Positions 46,271 to 54,880 of a stretch of 64,000 bases of DNA are shown here, piece by piece; positions within the stretch are counted from its first letter, which is position 1; every line of letters begins with the position of its first letter. This stretch comes from Candidatus Nomurabacteria bacterium. Lineage in GTDB: Bacteria > Patescibacteriota > Minisyncoccia > Phycocordibacterales > UBA9973. A program made the translations under genes and the position numbers. The stretch lies in the NCBI GenBank assembly GCA_021413905.1, contig JAIOPO010000005.1:146957-210956 (forward strand). Reading direction: 5' to 3'. Below the pieces are notes generated by a model. That model was not told where the DNA came from. It ran no database searches and worked only from the letters and a program-made list of their open reading frames with translations.

Positions 46271-47062
46271 ATGTCTGAATTTAAAGACAGTCTTATAAGA
46301 GATACTGACTATTTTTTTGATGGCGATTATGAAATCGTACAAGGTAGAATGATTCCTAGTGTAGATGAAGTAGCCTTTGGTAGGTTTGGGAAGGAAGTTG
46401 AATTAGCCATGCTATTTATTGACGTCAAAGAATCCACAAAAATAGTAGACGCTTTTCGCCTGAAAACTGCGGCTCGTATGTATCAGTCATTTTTAAGAGG
46501 AGTAACTTTGATTGCCCTCAAAAATGGTGGTGAAGTAAGAAGCTTTAATGGTGATGGTGTATTAGTTACCTTTCATGGTGATTCAAAGTGCGACAATGCG
46601 GTTCGGTCTGCATTGCAAATGATGGATTTTGCCAATACAGTCTTGAAACCAAAATTAAGAAGTTATTTCGTTAATAACAAACAAGCACAAAACCTTATTT
46701 TTGATTGTGGTATTGGGATAGATATCGGTAATGTATTTGTAGTGAGAGGTGGTGCTAAGGGTGATGATAATAATGATCTAGTATGGGTCGGCAATCCAAC
46801 AAATTATGCAGTTAAACTTTCAGCGCAATCAAAAGTACAAACACTAGGCAGTCTTGCTACAGCTCCTGTTACAACAGTTTACAATATACATATCACAAAT
46901 CGAGTTTATGTAAACCTCAAACCTGAACTTAAAACAGTAAAAGGTTCTGGCGTTTTTGCTTTCAATATTTGGAACAGACAGCCATCAGCATTGGGAGGTC
47001 TCTTGCCTGGTTCTTTGGCTACAACGACAATTTATCGAACAAATAAAACTTTACCTTTTTAA
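46271..47062 (+). CDS. Class III nucleotide cyclase (Pycsar PycC-like) 2
   Basis: LFIDVKEST, VRSFNGDGVL, GIGID.G, NNDLVWVGNPTNYAVKLS. Confidence 0.87.
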   Translation: MSEFKDSLIRDTDYFFDGDYEIVQGRMIPSVDEVAFGRFGKEVELAMLFIDVKESTKIVDAFRLKTAARMYQSFLRGVTLIALKNGGEVRSFNGDGVLVTFHGDSKCDNAVRSALQMMDFANTVLKPKLRSYFVNNKQAQNLIFDCGIGIDIGNVFVVRGGAKGDDNNDLVWVGNPTNYAVKLSAQSKVQTLGSLATAPVTTVYNIHITNRVYVNLKPELKTVKGSGVFAFNIWNRQPSALGGLLPGSLATTTIYRTNKTLPF

Positions 47063-47110
47063 AATTTTTATTTCCTGTGAAAATTAGTACACTTTTGATA
47101 CAATAAACAA

Positions 47111-47614
47111 ATGATCAATTTAATTATCCTTGTATTTTTGATAGCAGTTGTTTTTATCTTTCTTAAAAAATATTTTCCAGACATATTTAATGAAAAAGAT
47201 AAGCCAAGCAAATCTCCGTATAATTACAAGAAAAAAGATTTTTTAATGAGTCGAGCAGAACATGAGTTTTTTGATATTCTTGTTGATATAGTAGGTAATC
47301 AATATTATGTATTTCCACAAATACACCTATCAACTATTTTAGACAATAAGGTTGTAGGACAAAATTGGAGAGGTGCCTTTCGTCACATAGATGAAAAATC
47401 AGTTGATTTTGTTATTTGTGATAAAGCATATATCAAACCAATTCTTGCCATTGAATTAGATGACAAAACACACGAAAGAGAAGATAGAAAAGGACGAGAT
47501 GGAGAAGTAGAGCGTATTCTTAAGGAATCAGGACTATCTCTTTTAAGATTTGGGAATAATGGGAGTTTTAATAAGGAAGAAATAAAAAGATCTATTTCAG
47601 AAAAAATAAAGTAA
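47111..47614 (+). CDS. DUF2726 nuclease-fold membrane-anchored protein
   Basis: LMSRAE, VFPQIHL, SVDFVIC, AIELDDKTH, RD. Confidence 0.85.
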   Translation: MINLIILVFLIAVVFIFLKKYFPDIFNEKDKPSKSPYNYKKKDFLMSRAEHEFFDILVDIVGNQYYVFPQIHLSTILDNKVVGQNWRGAFRHIDEKSVDFVICDKAYIKPILAIELDDKTHEREDRKGRDGEVERILKESGLSLLRFGNNGSFNKEEIKRSISEKIK

Positions 47615-47629
47615 TAGAAATCTATAGCA

Positions 47630-48610
47630 ATGCCGGACATAAAGAAAAACTTAATGTTGCTAACTGGTGCAGGGTTCACACGAAATTTTGGTGGGTTTTT
47701 AGCACGTGAGATGTGGTCAAAAATATTTAATAATCCAATTGTACAAGCAAGCGCAGAAGCACGAGGATTACTTTTGAATGATTTTGACTTTGAGTCTGTC
47801 TACTCGGCTAAAATGAGCCATGGAGAAGAAACAATAAAGATTATAAGAGAGGCTGTCGAAATGGCATATAAGGATCTTGATGATACAGTAAAAAATTGGG
47901 TTTTTAATCATGGCAATCCAACGGCACTTAATACATACGGGTTAGGTGAGCTTCTTAGTTTTATATCAAGTAGAGGTTCAGATAAAGGATGGTTCTTTAC
48001 CCTCAATCAAGATTTATTTATGGAACGAAAACATAATTACAGATCACCAGGAGCAATGTTTAGTCAGCCTTTTATTGAAGGAGATAATGGTAAAATTGGA
48101 ATTATAACTTTACCCAATGAAAACGGTGTAGAAAAAGTTAAAAATACTTTAAATAATGCAAGTTATATAAAACTACATGGATCATATGGCTGGATTTCAT
48201 CACACGGTGGCAATCAGATGGTAATTGGTAAAAACAAAGTAAATGATATTGATCAAGAACCATTATTAAAATGGTATTTTGAGATTTTTCAAAATCTAAT
48301 TAAAGAAGGTAATAAAAAATTATTAATCATTGGCTATGGGTTTGCCGATAATCATATAAACGACATTCTGCTTAACGGAATACAGGAGCATGGTCTTAGT
48401 TTGTATATAATAAGCACAACTGATCCAGAAACATTTAAAAATAGACTTGAGGGAAAACCGTCACATTTAGGCAGTTGGGAGGTTTCTAAATATTCAAAAA
48501 TATGGGATGGTGTTAAAGGATATTTTCCTTATTCATTAAGAGATATATACCCTCCAGACCAAAGTATTACTACCATATCACTAGAAATTAAAAAGGCTTT
48601 GGAAAGTTAA
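47630..48610 (+). CDS. SIR2-like (SIR2_2) domain protein, probable defence NADase
   Basis: LLTGAGF, FTLNQD, KLHGS, LLIIGYGFADNHIN. Confidence 0.85.
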   Translation: MPDIKKNLMLLTGAGFTRNFGGFLAREMWSKIFNNPIVQASAEARGLLLNDFDFESVYSAKMSHGEETIKIIREAVEMAYKDLDDTVKNWVFNHGNPTALNTYGLGELLSFISSRGSDKGWFFTLNQDLFMERKHNYRSPGAMFSQPFIEGDNGKIGIITLPNENGVEKVKNTLNNASYIKLHGSYGWISSHGGNQMVIGKNKVNDIDQEPLLKWYFEIFQNLIKEGNKKLLIIGYGFADNHINDILLNGIQEHGLSLYIISTTDPETFKNRLEGKPSHLGSWEVSKYSKIWDGVKGYFPYSLRDIYPPDQSITTISLEIKKALES

Positions 48611-48756
48611 GTTACAGCTAACTGTAACATTTAAAGTCCAACTTGTGTCACTTTTGTAACTTTTTGAGATGCTCGAGACGCGTCGTTATGGTATGATAAA
48701 AAAAGTCTCAAAAGCCTTACAGGTCTTGTTTGCGAAAGGTTCTAACACGAGACCGC

Positions 48757-48830
48757 CCGCATTGACAACCTGTTAGTTTTGATGACCCATTTAGTTATGT
48801 ACTAAGTGCGACCCACAAACCTACATGTTG
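48757..48830. repeat. Left-junction sequence of E3
   Basis: CCGCATTGACAACCTGTTAGTTT...GTGCGACCC...CATGTTG, homologous to 16032-16108. Confidence 0.8.
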
Positions 48831-48832
48831 CA

Positions 48833-48864
48833 GAAAAAAGAACGACAATTGCCGTTCTTTTTTC
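48833..48864. terminator. Bidirectional-type intrinsic terminator
   Basis: GAAAAAAGAACG-ACAATTGC-CGTTCTTTTTTC. Confidence 0.7.
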
Positions 48865-49254
48865 TTAACTGAAATCTATTTCAAAATTATACATTCCCAT
48901 ACCACAAGTTCCCCTGAGTGGCTCACCAGCTTTAGGTATGCCGATATCAATTATTTCTTCTGCTGATTGAGAGAGAATTTTTTGATAATTAATTGATTTA
49001 ATAACCAAAGAAGCTGAACAGTCGTATGTACCGCTTGTTTTTACAATTAATTTTGTAGGAATACCTGCTTTAGCATTACTTAGTTGTGGAGAATACCCAC
49101 CCTTAGCATCAATTGTTATGTATTGTATCCCGTCTTTTATCTCGGTATTTTGAATTATTTTACTAGAGTCTTTTGTTGTTGATCCACCTGTTAAAACAAT
49201 ACCTATGGCAACAATAAGACCTAGTGTAATGATTATTGAAACTGTTTTGTTCAT
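48865..49254 (-). CDS. Cupredoxin-domain protein
   Basis: GGYSP, AGIP, TYDC, TCGMGMY. Confidence 0.85.
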   Translation of the reverse strand: MNKTVSIIITLGLIVAIGIVLTGGSTTKDSSKIIQNTEIKDGIQYITIDAKGGYSPQLSNAKAGIPTKLIVKTSGTYDCSASLVIKSINYQKILSQSAEEIIDIGIPKAGEPLRGTCGMGMYNFEIDFS

Positions 49255-49272
49255 AAAGTAATTATATCAAAA

Positions 49273-50280
49273 TTAAATATTAAATAATGGATTTATAACA
49301 CCAAGACCTGCCAGCCCTGCGAGTAAAGCAAATATACCAAGACCTACAACAACAACTCCCGCAGATTTAAAGAATAAGGGTGCATGTTTACCATGCGCAA
49401 AAGATGCCGATCCAAAAGATAGAATTGAAAGCACTGGTAATGTTCCAAGAGCAAATGTAAACATAATCAATAATCCAGACATAAAAGATCCACTTGAAAT
49501 AGCTGCTACTTGCATAGCCTGTGTAAATCCACATGGTAAGAAGAATGTGGCAAATCCTATAATAAGAGGAGTTAAAGTTTTATGTTCAACCTTTCTAAAG
49601 AAATTAAAAACACCTGAAGGTAAGGTAACATTACTCTTTTTAAAAACTCCTACTAAATTTAAGCCAAGTAGTAGCATAACGATTGAAGCCACAATACCTA
49701 GTATTGCTGAGAATGTGAAACTTATACCAATAGCATTACCTATAAGTCCTAAAACTCCACCCAAAAGAGCAAAGCTGACTAATCTACCAGTATGAAAAAG
49801 TATGAAAGTTTTAGTATCGCTTATATTATCTTCAGAGATTTTCGCAGAAAGAGATAATACTAGACCACCGACAATCGCAAGACAACTTGAAACAGATGCA
49901 ATAAGACCAACGATAAAACTTGTCATTGGAGTAGTCTTACCTCCAATACCTAAATTGAGAATTCCTGATTTTTGTAATATGAAAAATAAGACAAGAAAAA
50001 CTAAACCAATAGGTATAGCTTTCCAAATAACATCATCTTCTTTATTTTTATTAAGTTTTTTTTCAACCGACAAAGAGTATCCATTGGGTTTAATTTTATC
50101 TGCAAGAATGGTTGCGATTTCGTCTATGTTCTGTTCAGTATTCATTTCAACATCTACGGTCTCATTTTTTAGATTTACATTTGATTTAACAACAAAAGAC
50201 TGCTCATTCAAAATATCTTCTATCAAGATTTTACATGATGCGCAGTGTGTTCCAGTTACATAAAATTTGTAATTTTTCAT
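49273..50280 (-). CDS. HMA + DsbD_2/TauE-like membrane protein (copper homeostasis)
   Basis: GTHCASC, SSCLAIVGG, FHTGR, FFLPCGFTQ, FALGTLP. Confidence 0.88.
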   Translation of the reverse strand: MKNYKFYVTGTHCASCKILIEDILNEQSFVVKSNVNLKNETVDVEMNTEQNIDEIATILADKIKPNGYSLSVEKKLNKNKEDDVIWKAIPIGLVFLVLFFILQKSGILNLGIGGKTTPMTSFIVGLIASVSSCLAIVGGLVLSLSAKISEDNISDTKTFILFHTGRLVSFALLGGVLGLIGNAIGISFTFSAILGIVASIVMLLLGLNLVGVFKKSNVTLPSGVFNFFRKVEHKTLTPLIIGFATFFLPCGFTQAMQVAAISSGSFMSGLLIMFTFALGTLPVLSILSFGSASFAHGKHAPLFFKSAGVVVVGLGIFALLAGLAGLGVINPLFNI

Positions 50281-50303
50281 TGTTTTATAAGTTAATATTT
50301 ATT

Positions 50304-50774
50304 TTAATCATAATTGAGCACTATCTTGTCTCCATCTTTCATATAATAATTCCCAAAATCCAATTTATCTACACCATTTACTGTCATCCTTATATTTGAA
50401 CCGAAAGAGTTTATATCCTTATTCCAAATTTTGAAAAACTCACTGAGTTTAGTATCTCTACCTCGAACTACTGATGAAAACTCCAAATGGATAACTCCTA
50501 ACTGTGAATCTTCGTCGTGAGTGTGAATTGGATTATGAACCGCACCAAGTCCAATATTTGCGGGGATTTCTACTTTTTCTCCTTTTATATATATAGAAAG
50601 CTCAGGATGCCAGTGAATTCCGTTTCGAGAAATTATTTCTGATTCATAAGGATTTTCCACACTACTAGATGAGGGTTTGTCTGAATATACGAAATAAACA
50701 AAAACCCCAATGACTAAAATGGCTAGTATCCATATCCAGATATTTTTATTATTTTTCTTGTGCTTATTTTTCAT
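50304..50774 (-). CDS. Membrane-anchored His-motif protein
   Basis: TM helix; HWH...IPANIG...IHTHD...IHLE. Confidence 0.75.
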   Translation of the reverse strand: MKNKHKKNNKNIWIWILAILVIGVFVYFVYSDKPSSSSVENPYESEIISRNGIHWHPELSIYIKGEKVEIPANIGLGAVHNPIHTHDEDSQLGVIHLEFSSVVRGRDTKLSEFFKIWNKDINSFGSNIRMTVNGVDKLDFGNYYMKDGDKIVLNYD

Positions 50775-50776
50775 AA

Positions 50777-53095
50777 TTATAATCTCTTACTTTTAATTCT
50801 CAGTGAGTTCGACACAACTGACACTGATGACATCGCCATCGCAAATCCTGCAAATACTGGATTAAGCAACCAGCCAAAAATTGGGTAAAAAACTCCAGCC
50901 GCAAGAGGGATTCCTACAATATTGTAAATGAATGCCCAAAAAAGGTTTTGTTTAATTCCTCGCATTGTTATTTTTGATAACCTTATTGCTTTTACAATTT
51001 TTGAAATATCTCCACCCAGGAGTGTAATTCCTGCTGACTCAATGGCAACATCAGTACCTGTACCCATGGCGATACCGACATCGGCTTGAGCTAGTGCAGG
51101 AGCGTCATTTACTCCATCACCCGCCATAGCAACAACATGTCCTTGGGATTGAAGTTCTTGTATTTTTAATAACTTATCTTGAGGTAAAACATGAGCAACA
51201 ACTTCATCGACTCCAACAAGAGATGCGATGTGTTTCGCCGCTTTTTCATCATCGCCTGTAAGCATCACTACTTTAATTCCAAGTTTATGAAGAGCATTAA
51301 TAGCTTCTTTTGATTCAGGTTTTATTTCATCTGCAACCATTACAAAACCAAGAACTTTTTCTTTTGTAGATATAATGACAGGAGTTTTTCCTTGGGATGT
51401 AAACTCTTCTAGCAATGTTTGATCAAAAGAAAGATTTAAATCTTTAATAAGCTTTATATTACCAACAAAATATTCAACCTGCTTAACAGACCCTTTTAGA
51501 CCTTTTCCTTGAATTCCTTCAAAGTTTGAAACTTCTTGTATGGGGATATTCTTCTCTTTTGCATAGTTCACAATTGCGTGTGCGATTGGATGTTCAGATT
51601 TTTTCTCTAGTGTTGCAAGTATTCCTATCAAATCTTCATTACTCATATCTGAGCTATTTTGGATATCAACAAGTGTCGGTTTCCCAATTGTTATCGTTCC
51701 TGTTTTATCCATCATGACAGTATCAACTTTGTGTAATTTCTCTAGCGTAGCCGCATCTTTAATCAGTATTCCTTCCTTTGCTCCTTTACCAACCCCTACA
51801 ATGATTGCAGTCGGGGTAGCAAGTCCAAGTGCACATGGGCATGCAATAACTAATATCCCGACAAAGGATACAAGTCCAAATGAAAGAGCTTGTGAAAATC
51901 CAAGTGAGCCAGTTCCAAACGCCAACCATACCCCCAAAGTCACAAAAGCTAAGATAAGAACTATCGGTACAAAAACGCTTGAAATCTTATCAGCTAATGC
52001 CTGAATAGGGGCTTTACTCCCTTGGGCTTCTTCAACCATGTGTATAATTTGAGCCAGCAATGTTTCTGATCCAACTTTTGTGGCTTTAAAAACAAACGAT
52101 CCACTTGTATTAATTGTTCCTGCGACCACACTATCTCCAATCTTTTTCTGTACTGGCATTGGCTCTCCTGTTACCATTGATTCATCAACAAAAGATGATC
52201 CCTCAGTAATGACTCCGTCTACTGGAATCTTTGTTCCTGGTTTAACAATAATTAAGTCTCCATGCTTAACCTCATTTATAGAAATCTCTACTTCCTTACC
52301 TTCACGCACAACCAAGGCTGTTTTTGCTTGAAGATTTAAAAGTTTTTCTATCGCATCTCCTGTTTTAATTTTTGAACGAGCTTCTAAATATTTACCAAGA
52401 GCGATAAAAGTAATCACTACAATGGTCACATCGTAGTAAGTATGATCTACATTTATAAAAGGTCTGAGTACTTCTTCAAATGCACTGACAGCAAAACTAT
52501 ATAAAAAAGCGGCAACAGTACCGATACCGATAAGTGTATCCATATTAGCTTTGCCATATCTTAAGAAACGATAAAACCCCAGAAGATATGGTTTCCCTAC
52601 AACAAATAGAGTATAGGTCGCAAAAATAGGTAATAGATGGTGAAAAAATTCTTTGAGTGTATAGCTCATCATAGGGACAATACTGTACTGAGCAAGAATA
52701 TCCCAAGTCATGACGAAAACACTAAAGATGGCTAGTGGAATAGCTGACATGACTTTAGATTTCATATCCTTTATCTCTTCAATCTTTTCCTTTTTTGACT
52801 GATTTAATCCTAAATGTTCAGCATGTTCGTTTTCACTCATACCCATAGAACTCGCAGGCATGCTTTCCGTACTATGATCCATAGGTGCTATCAAAGAATA
52901 CCCAAGCGGTTCCAATTTCTTATTAAAAGATTCAGCGTTAGTTTTTGAACTATCAAAAACAATCTTTGCGTTCTCGGTACCATTGTTTACTGAAATATCT
53001 TCCACTCCATCGATTTTTTTTACTGTTCTTTCAATAATACTTGCACACGAAGCACAATGCATACCTTTAATTTTGTATATCTTTGGAGTATTCAT
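50777..53095 (-). CDS. copA: Copper-translocating P1B-type ATPase
   Basis: [36 protein letters not shown] and MAMSS. Confidence 0.96.
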   Translation of the reverse strand: MNTPKIYKIKGMHCASCASIIERTVKKIDGVEDISVNNGTENAKIVFDSSKTNAESFNKKLEPLGYSLIAPMDHSTESMPASSMGMSENEHAEHLGLNQSKKEKIEEIKDMKSKVMSAIPLAIFSVFVMTWDILAQYSIVPMMSYTLKEFFHHLLPIFATYTLFVVGKPYLLGFYRFLRYGKANMDTLIGIGTVAAFLYSFAVSAFEEVLRPFINVDHTYYDVTIVVITFIALGKYLEARSKIKTGDAIEKLLNLQAKTALVVREGKEVEISINEVKHGDLIIVKPGTKIPVDGVITEGSSFVDESMVTGEPMPVQKKIGDSVVAGTINTSGSFVFKATKVGSETLLAQIIHMVEEAQGSKAPIQALADKISSVFVPIVLILAFVTLGVWLAFGTGSLGFSQALSFGLVSFVGILVIACPCALGLATPTAIIVGVGKGAKEGILIKDAATLEKLHKVDTVMMDKTGTITIGKPTLVDIQNSSDMSNEDLIGILATLEKKSEHPIAHAIVNYAKEKNIPIQEVSNFEGIQGKGLKGSVKQVEYFVGNIKLIKDLNLSFDQTLLEEFTSQGKTPVIISTKEKVLGFVMVADEIKPESKEAINALHKLGIKVVMLTGDDEKAAKHIASLVGVDEVVAHVLPQDKLLKIQELQSQGHVVAMAGDGVNDAPALAQADVGIAMGTGTDVAIESAGITLLGGDISKIVKAIRLSKITMRGIKQNLFWAFIYNIVGIPLAAGVFYPIFGWLLNPVFAGFAMAMSSVSVVSNSLRIKSKRL

Positions 53096-53098
53096 AAA

Positions 53099-53362
53099 TT
53101 ATTTTCGCTTAAGCTGATAAACTTTTAAAATTTCCTTAGTAGCAACATCGACTTTGCCACTTTTAATTTGACCAACAACACAATGACCAAGGTGGCTCTC
53201 AAGGAGAATATCCTCAATACTTGAAAGACCTTGTTTTACAGCAGAGGTCTGGGTAATGACATCGATACAGTACTTTTCCTCTTCAATCATTTTTTGGATA
53301 CCTCGAACTTGTCCTTCTATTTTTTTGAGCCTTGTTATGAGTTTTTGTTTATCTTTATGCAT
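53099..53362 (-). CDS. csoR: CsoR-family metal-sensing repressor
   Basis: RLKKIEGQVRGIQKMIEEEKYCIDV, HLGHCV; ATG at 53362. Confidence 0.92.
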   Translation of the reverse strand: MHKDKQKLITRLKKIEGQVRGIQKMIEEEKYCIDVITQTSAVKQGLSSIEDILLESHLGHCVVGQIKSGKVDVATKEILKVYQLKRK

Positions 53363-53364
53363 AA

Positions 53365-53396
53365 TGCTATTATACCCCCTAGGGGGTATAATAGCA
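53365..53396. promoter_or_regulatory. CsoR operator (perfect 32-bp palindrome)
   Basis: TGCTATTATACCCCCT|AGGGGGTATAATAGCA immediately upstream of csoR; fits the TACC..GGGGGTA CsoR pattern. Confidence 0.85.
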
Positions 53397-53408
53397 AGTT
53401 TCAAAATG

Positions 53409-54737
53409 TCAGTCTACTAGAGTAATCTTCTTCTCTTTCAGTATCAATCTACTCCTCAAATGTCCCATTAATTCACGCTTCTCAAGTGGTGTACCTTCTC
53501 TCAGCACATACTTGGCATACTCTCTTGTGTTCACATCATCTTCATTGATGTTGTATTTCGGAGTGCCTTTAGTTGCCAACCTCTGCAGTCTGTTAAATCG
53601 CTTGATCTCTTCTTCAAGTTTGATTCGCATACCCAGTTCGTTGATGCTTACCTTATCGATTACTTTGAACAGCTCCTCGATCAATTCTTCTTCTCGTATA
53701 TATTTATTTTTACAATTCCTATCTCTCGCCTTGGAACATGAGTAGTACACATACTTGGCAGTCGTGCCATCTTTGAGTTCCTTATACTTCTCCTGTGCCG
53801 TTATTCCTGACTCGCACATTCCGCAGGTAAATAATTTGGTAAATGCAAACTCTCGATTTTCTCTCACAATCCTATCTCGCTTCAGTTGCTCCTGTGCTTT
53901 TTCAAATAGCTCTTGAGTAATGATCGGCGTATGGCTTCCTTGGTACCAGTTATCGCTATTTCGTGGATACTCGAATGGTCCATAGTAGATCGGCATATTG
54001 AAGATACGATAAACCCCTGAGAGTGTCAGGGGCTTATTTCCTCGGGTATAGAAATTTAGATCAAATCTGAGCCAGTTGTATACTTTTCTTCCACTCCATT
54101 TTTCGTATACCACTTTCTCAAACATTTTCTTGATAATCGGCGCTCGTTCTGGATCAATCACTATTTGGCACTTTCTGTCCATTAGTTTTTGATTCAGGTA
54201 TCCAAGCGGTGCCATTCCAGGCCATAACCCCATCTCCACTCTCGTTCGCAATCCTCGCTTCACATTGATACCTCGATTGTCATTTTCAAGTTTTGCTTGG
54301 CTTCCTAATATCATCAGGAGGAACTTCTCATTTGGATTATTTCCGAATGTCTGCCCAAAAGTTCGTATCATATGCAGTTTTCCTGAATCCATCAGGTCTA
54401 CGATTTTTCCCAAGTCTCCTGCGTTTCTTGAAATTCTATCTGGTGCCCAAGTCAGTATTGCATTGAACTTCTCTTGTTTGAGTTCCTCGATAATTTCATT
54501 GAAGACTGGTCGTTGTCCTGTCTCCTTTGCACTATGGCTCTCACGCTTCATGGTGACCACTTCAAGCCCCTCGCGGTCTGCCAGTTGGAGCATCTCGCTG
54601 ATTTGGCTATCTATGGAAAGCACTTGTCGTTCCTCAGATTCTGTTGATTTTCTTGCGTATAAGCAGTATTTAATCTTCTTTGGTTCAACCTCTGGTTTCT
54701 TTACGCCTTGCTCTTGGTTTGGGTTTTCTATCTTCAC
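53409..54737 (-). CDS. Large serine recombinase, E3
   Basis: YCLYARKSTESEERQ, DRISRN, CGMC...YYSC; GTG start. Confidence 0.93.
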   Translation of the reverse strand: MKIENPNQEQGVKKPEVEPKKIKYCLYARKSTESEERQVLSIDSQISEMLQLADREGLEVVTMKRESHSAKETGQRPVFNEIIEELKQEKFNAILTWAPDRISRNAGDLGKIVDLMDSGKLHMIRTFGQTFGNNPNEKFLLMILGSQAKLENDNRGINVKRGLRTRVEMGLWPGMAPLGYLNQKLMDRKCQIVIDPERAPIIKKMFEKVVYEKWSGRKVYNWLRFDLNFYTRGNKPLTLSGVYRIFNMPIYYGPFEYPRNSDNWYQGSHTPIITQELFEKAQEQLKRDRIVRENREFAFTKLFTCGMCESGITAQEKYKELKDGTTAKYVYYSCSKARDRNCKNKYIREEELIEELFKVIDKVSINELGMRIKLEEEIKRFNRLQRLATKGTPKYNINEDDVNTREYAKYVLREGTPLEKRELMGHLRSRLILKEKKITLVD

Positions 54738-54791
54738 AACTACATTGATGACGCAAATCGTCCTAGGAGTCTAGAGCGTCCCACCGCCATA

Positions 54792-54802
54792 GTGTTGGTA
54801 AC
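54792..54802. repeat. GTGTTGGTAAC site upstream of recombinase (left bound of E3 insert)
   Basis: 55 bp from the recombinase start. Confidence 0.85.
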
Positions 54803-54880
54803 TAAAACGCCTTTATTTAAAGGTCGATTTTTGGTAAAATGCATTTACTGGCATAAGAAACTTATGCCCAATATTAAAGT

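Larger units (their letters stand above)
36126..48756. mobile_element. Integrative element E2 (AT-rich; recombinase, TerL/TerS, ParB-MTase, LexA-Pycsar, SIR2)
   Basis: Lies between the GAGACCGC junctions at 36118 and 48749; CCGCCATTGACA at 36211; abrupt drop in GC relative to E1. Confidence 0.8.

Noticed and set aside
16035-48756. Complete prophage
   Set aside because: No recognisable capsid, protease, tail, lysis or replication genes in E1 or E2.
27696-54802. Alternative model: the mobile units run from one GTGTTGGTAAC to the next (27696-39189, 39189-54792), with the recombinase at the right end
   Set aside because: Base composition changes at ~36.1 kb and ~48.8 kb rather than at these sites. 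Each recombinase matches the composition of the terminase module to its right, and tRNA-like junction sequences sit at the composition breaks. Disfavoured, but not excluded without circle-junction reads.
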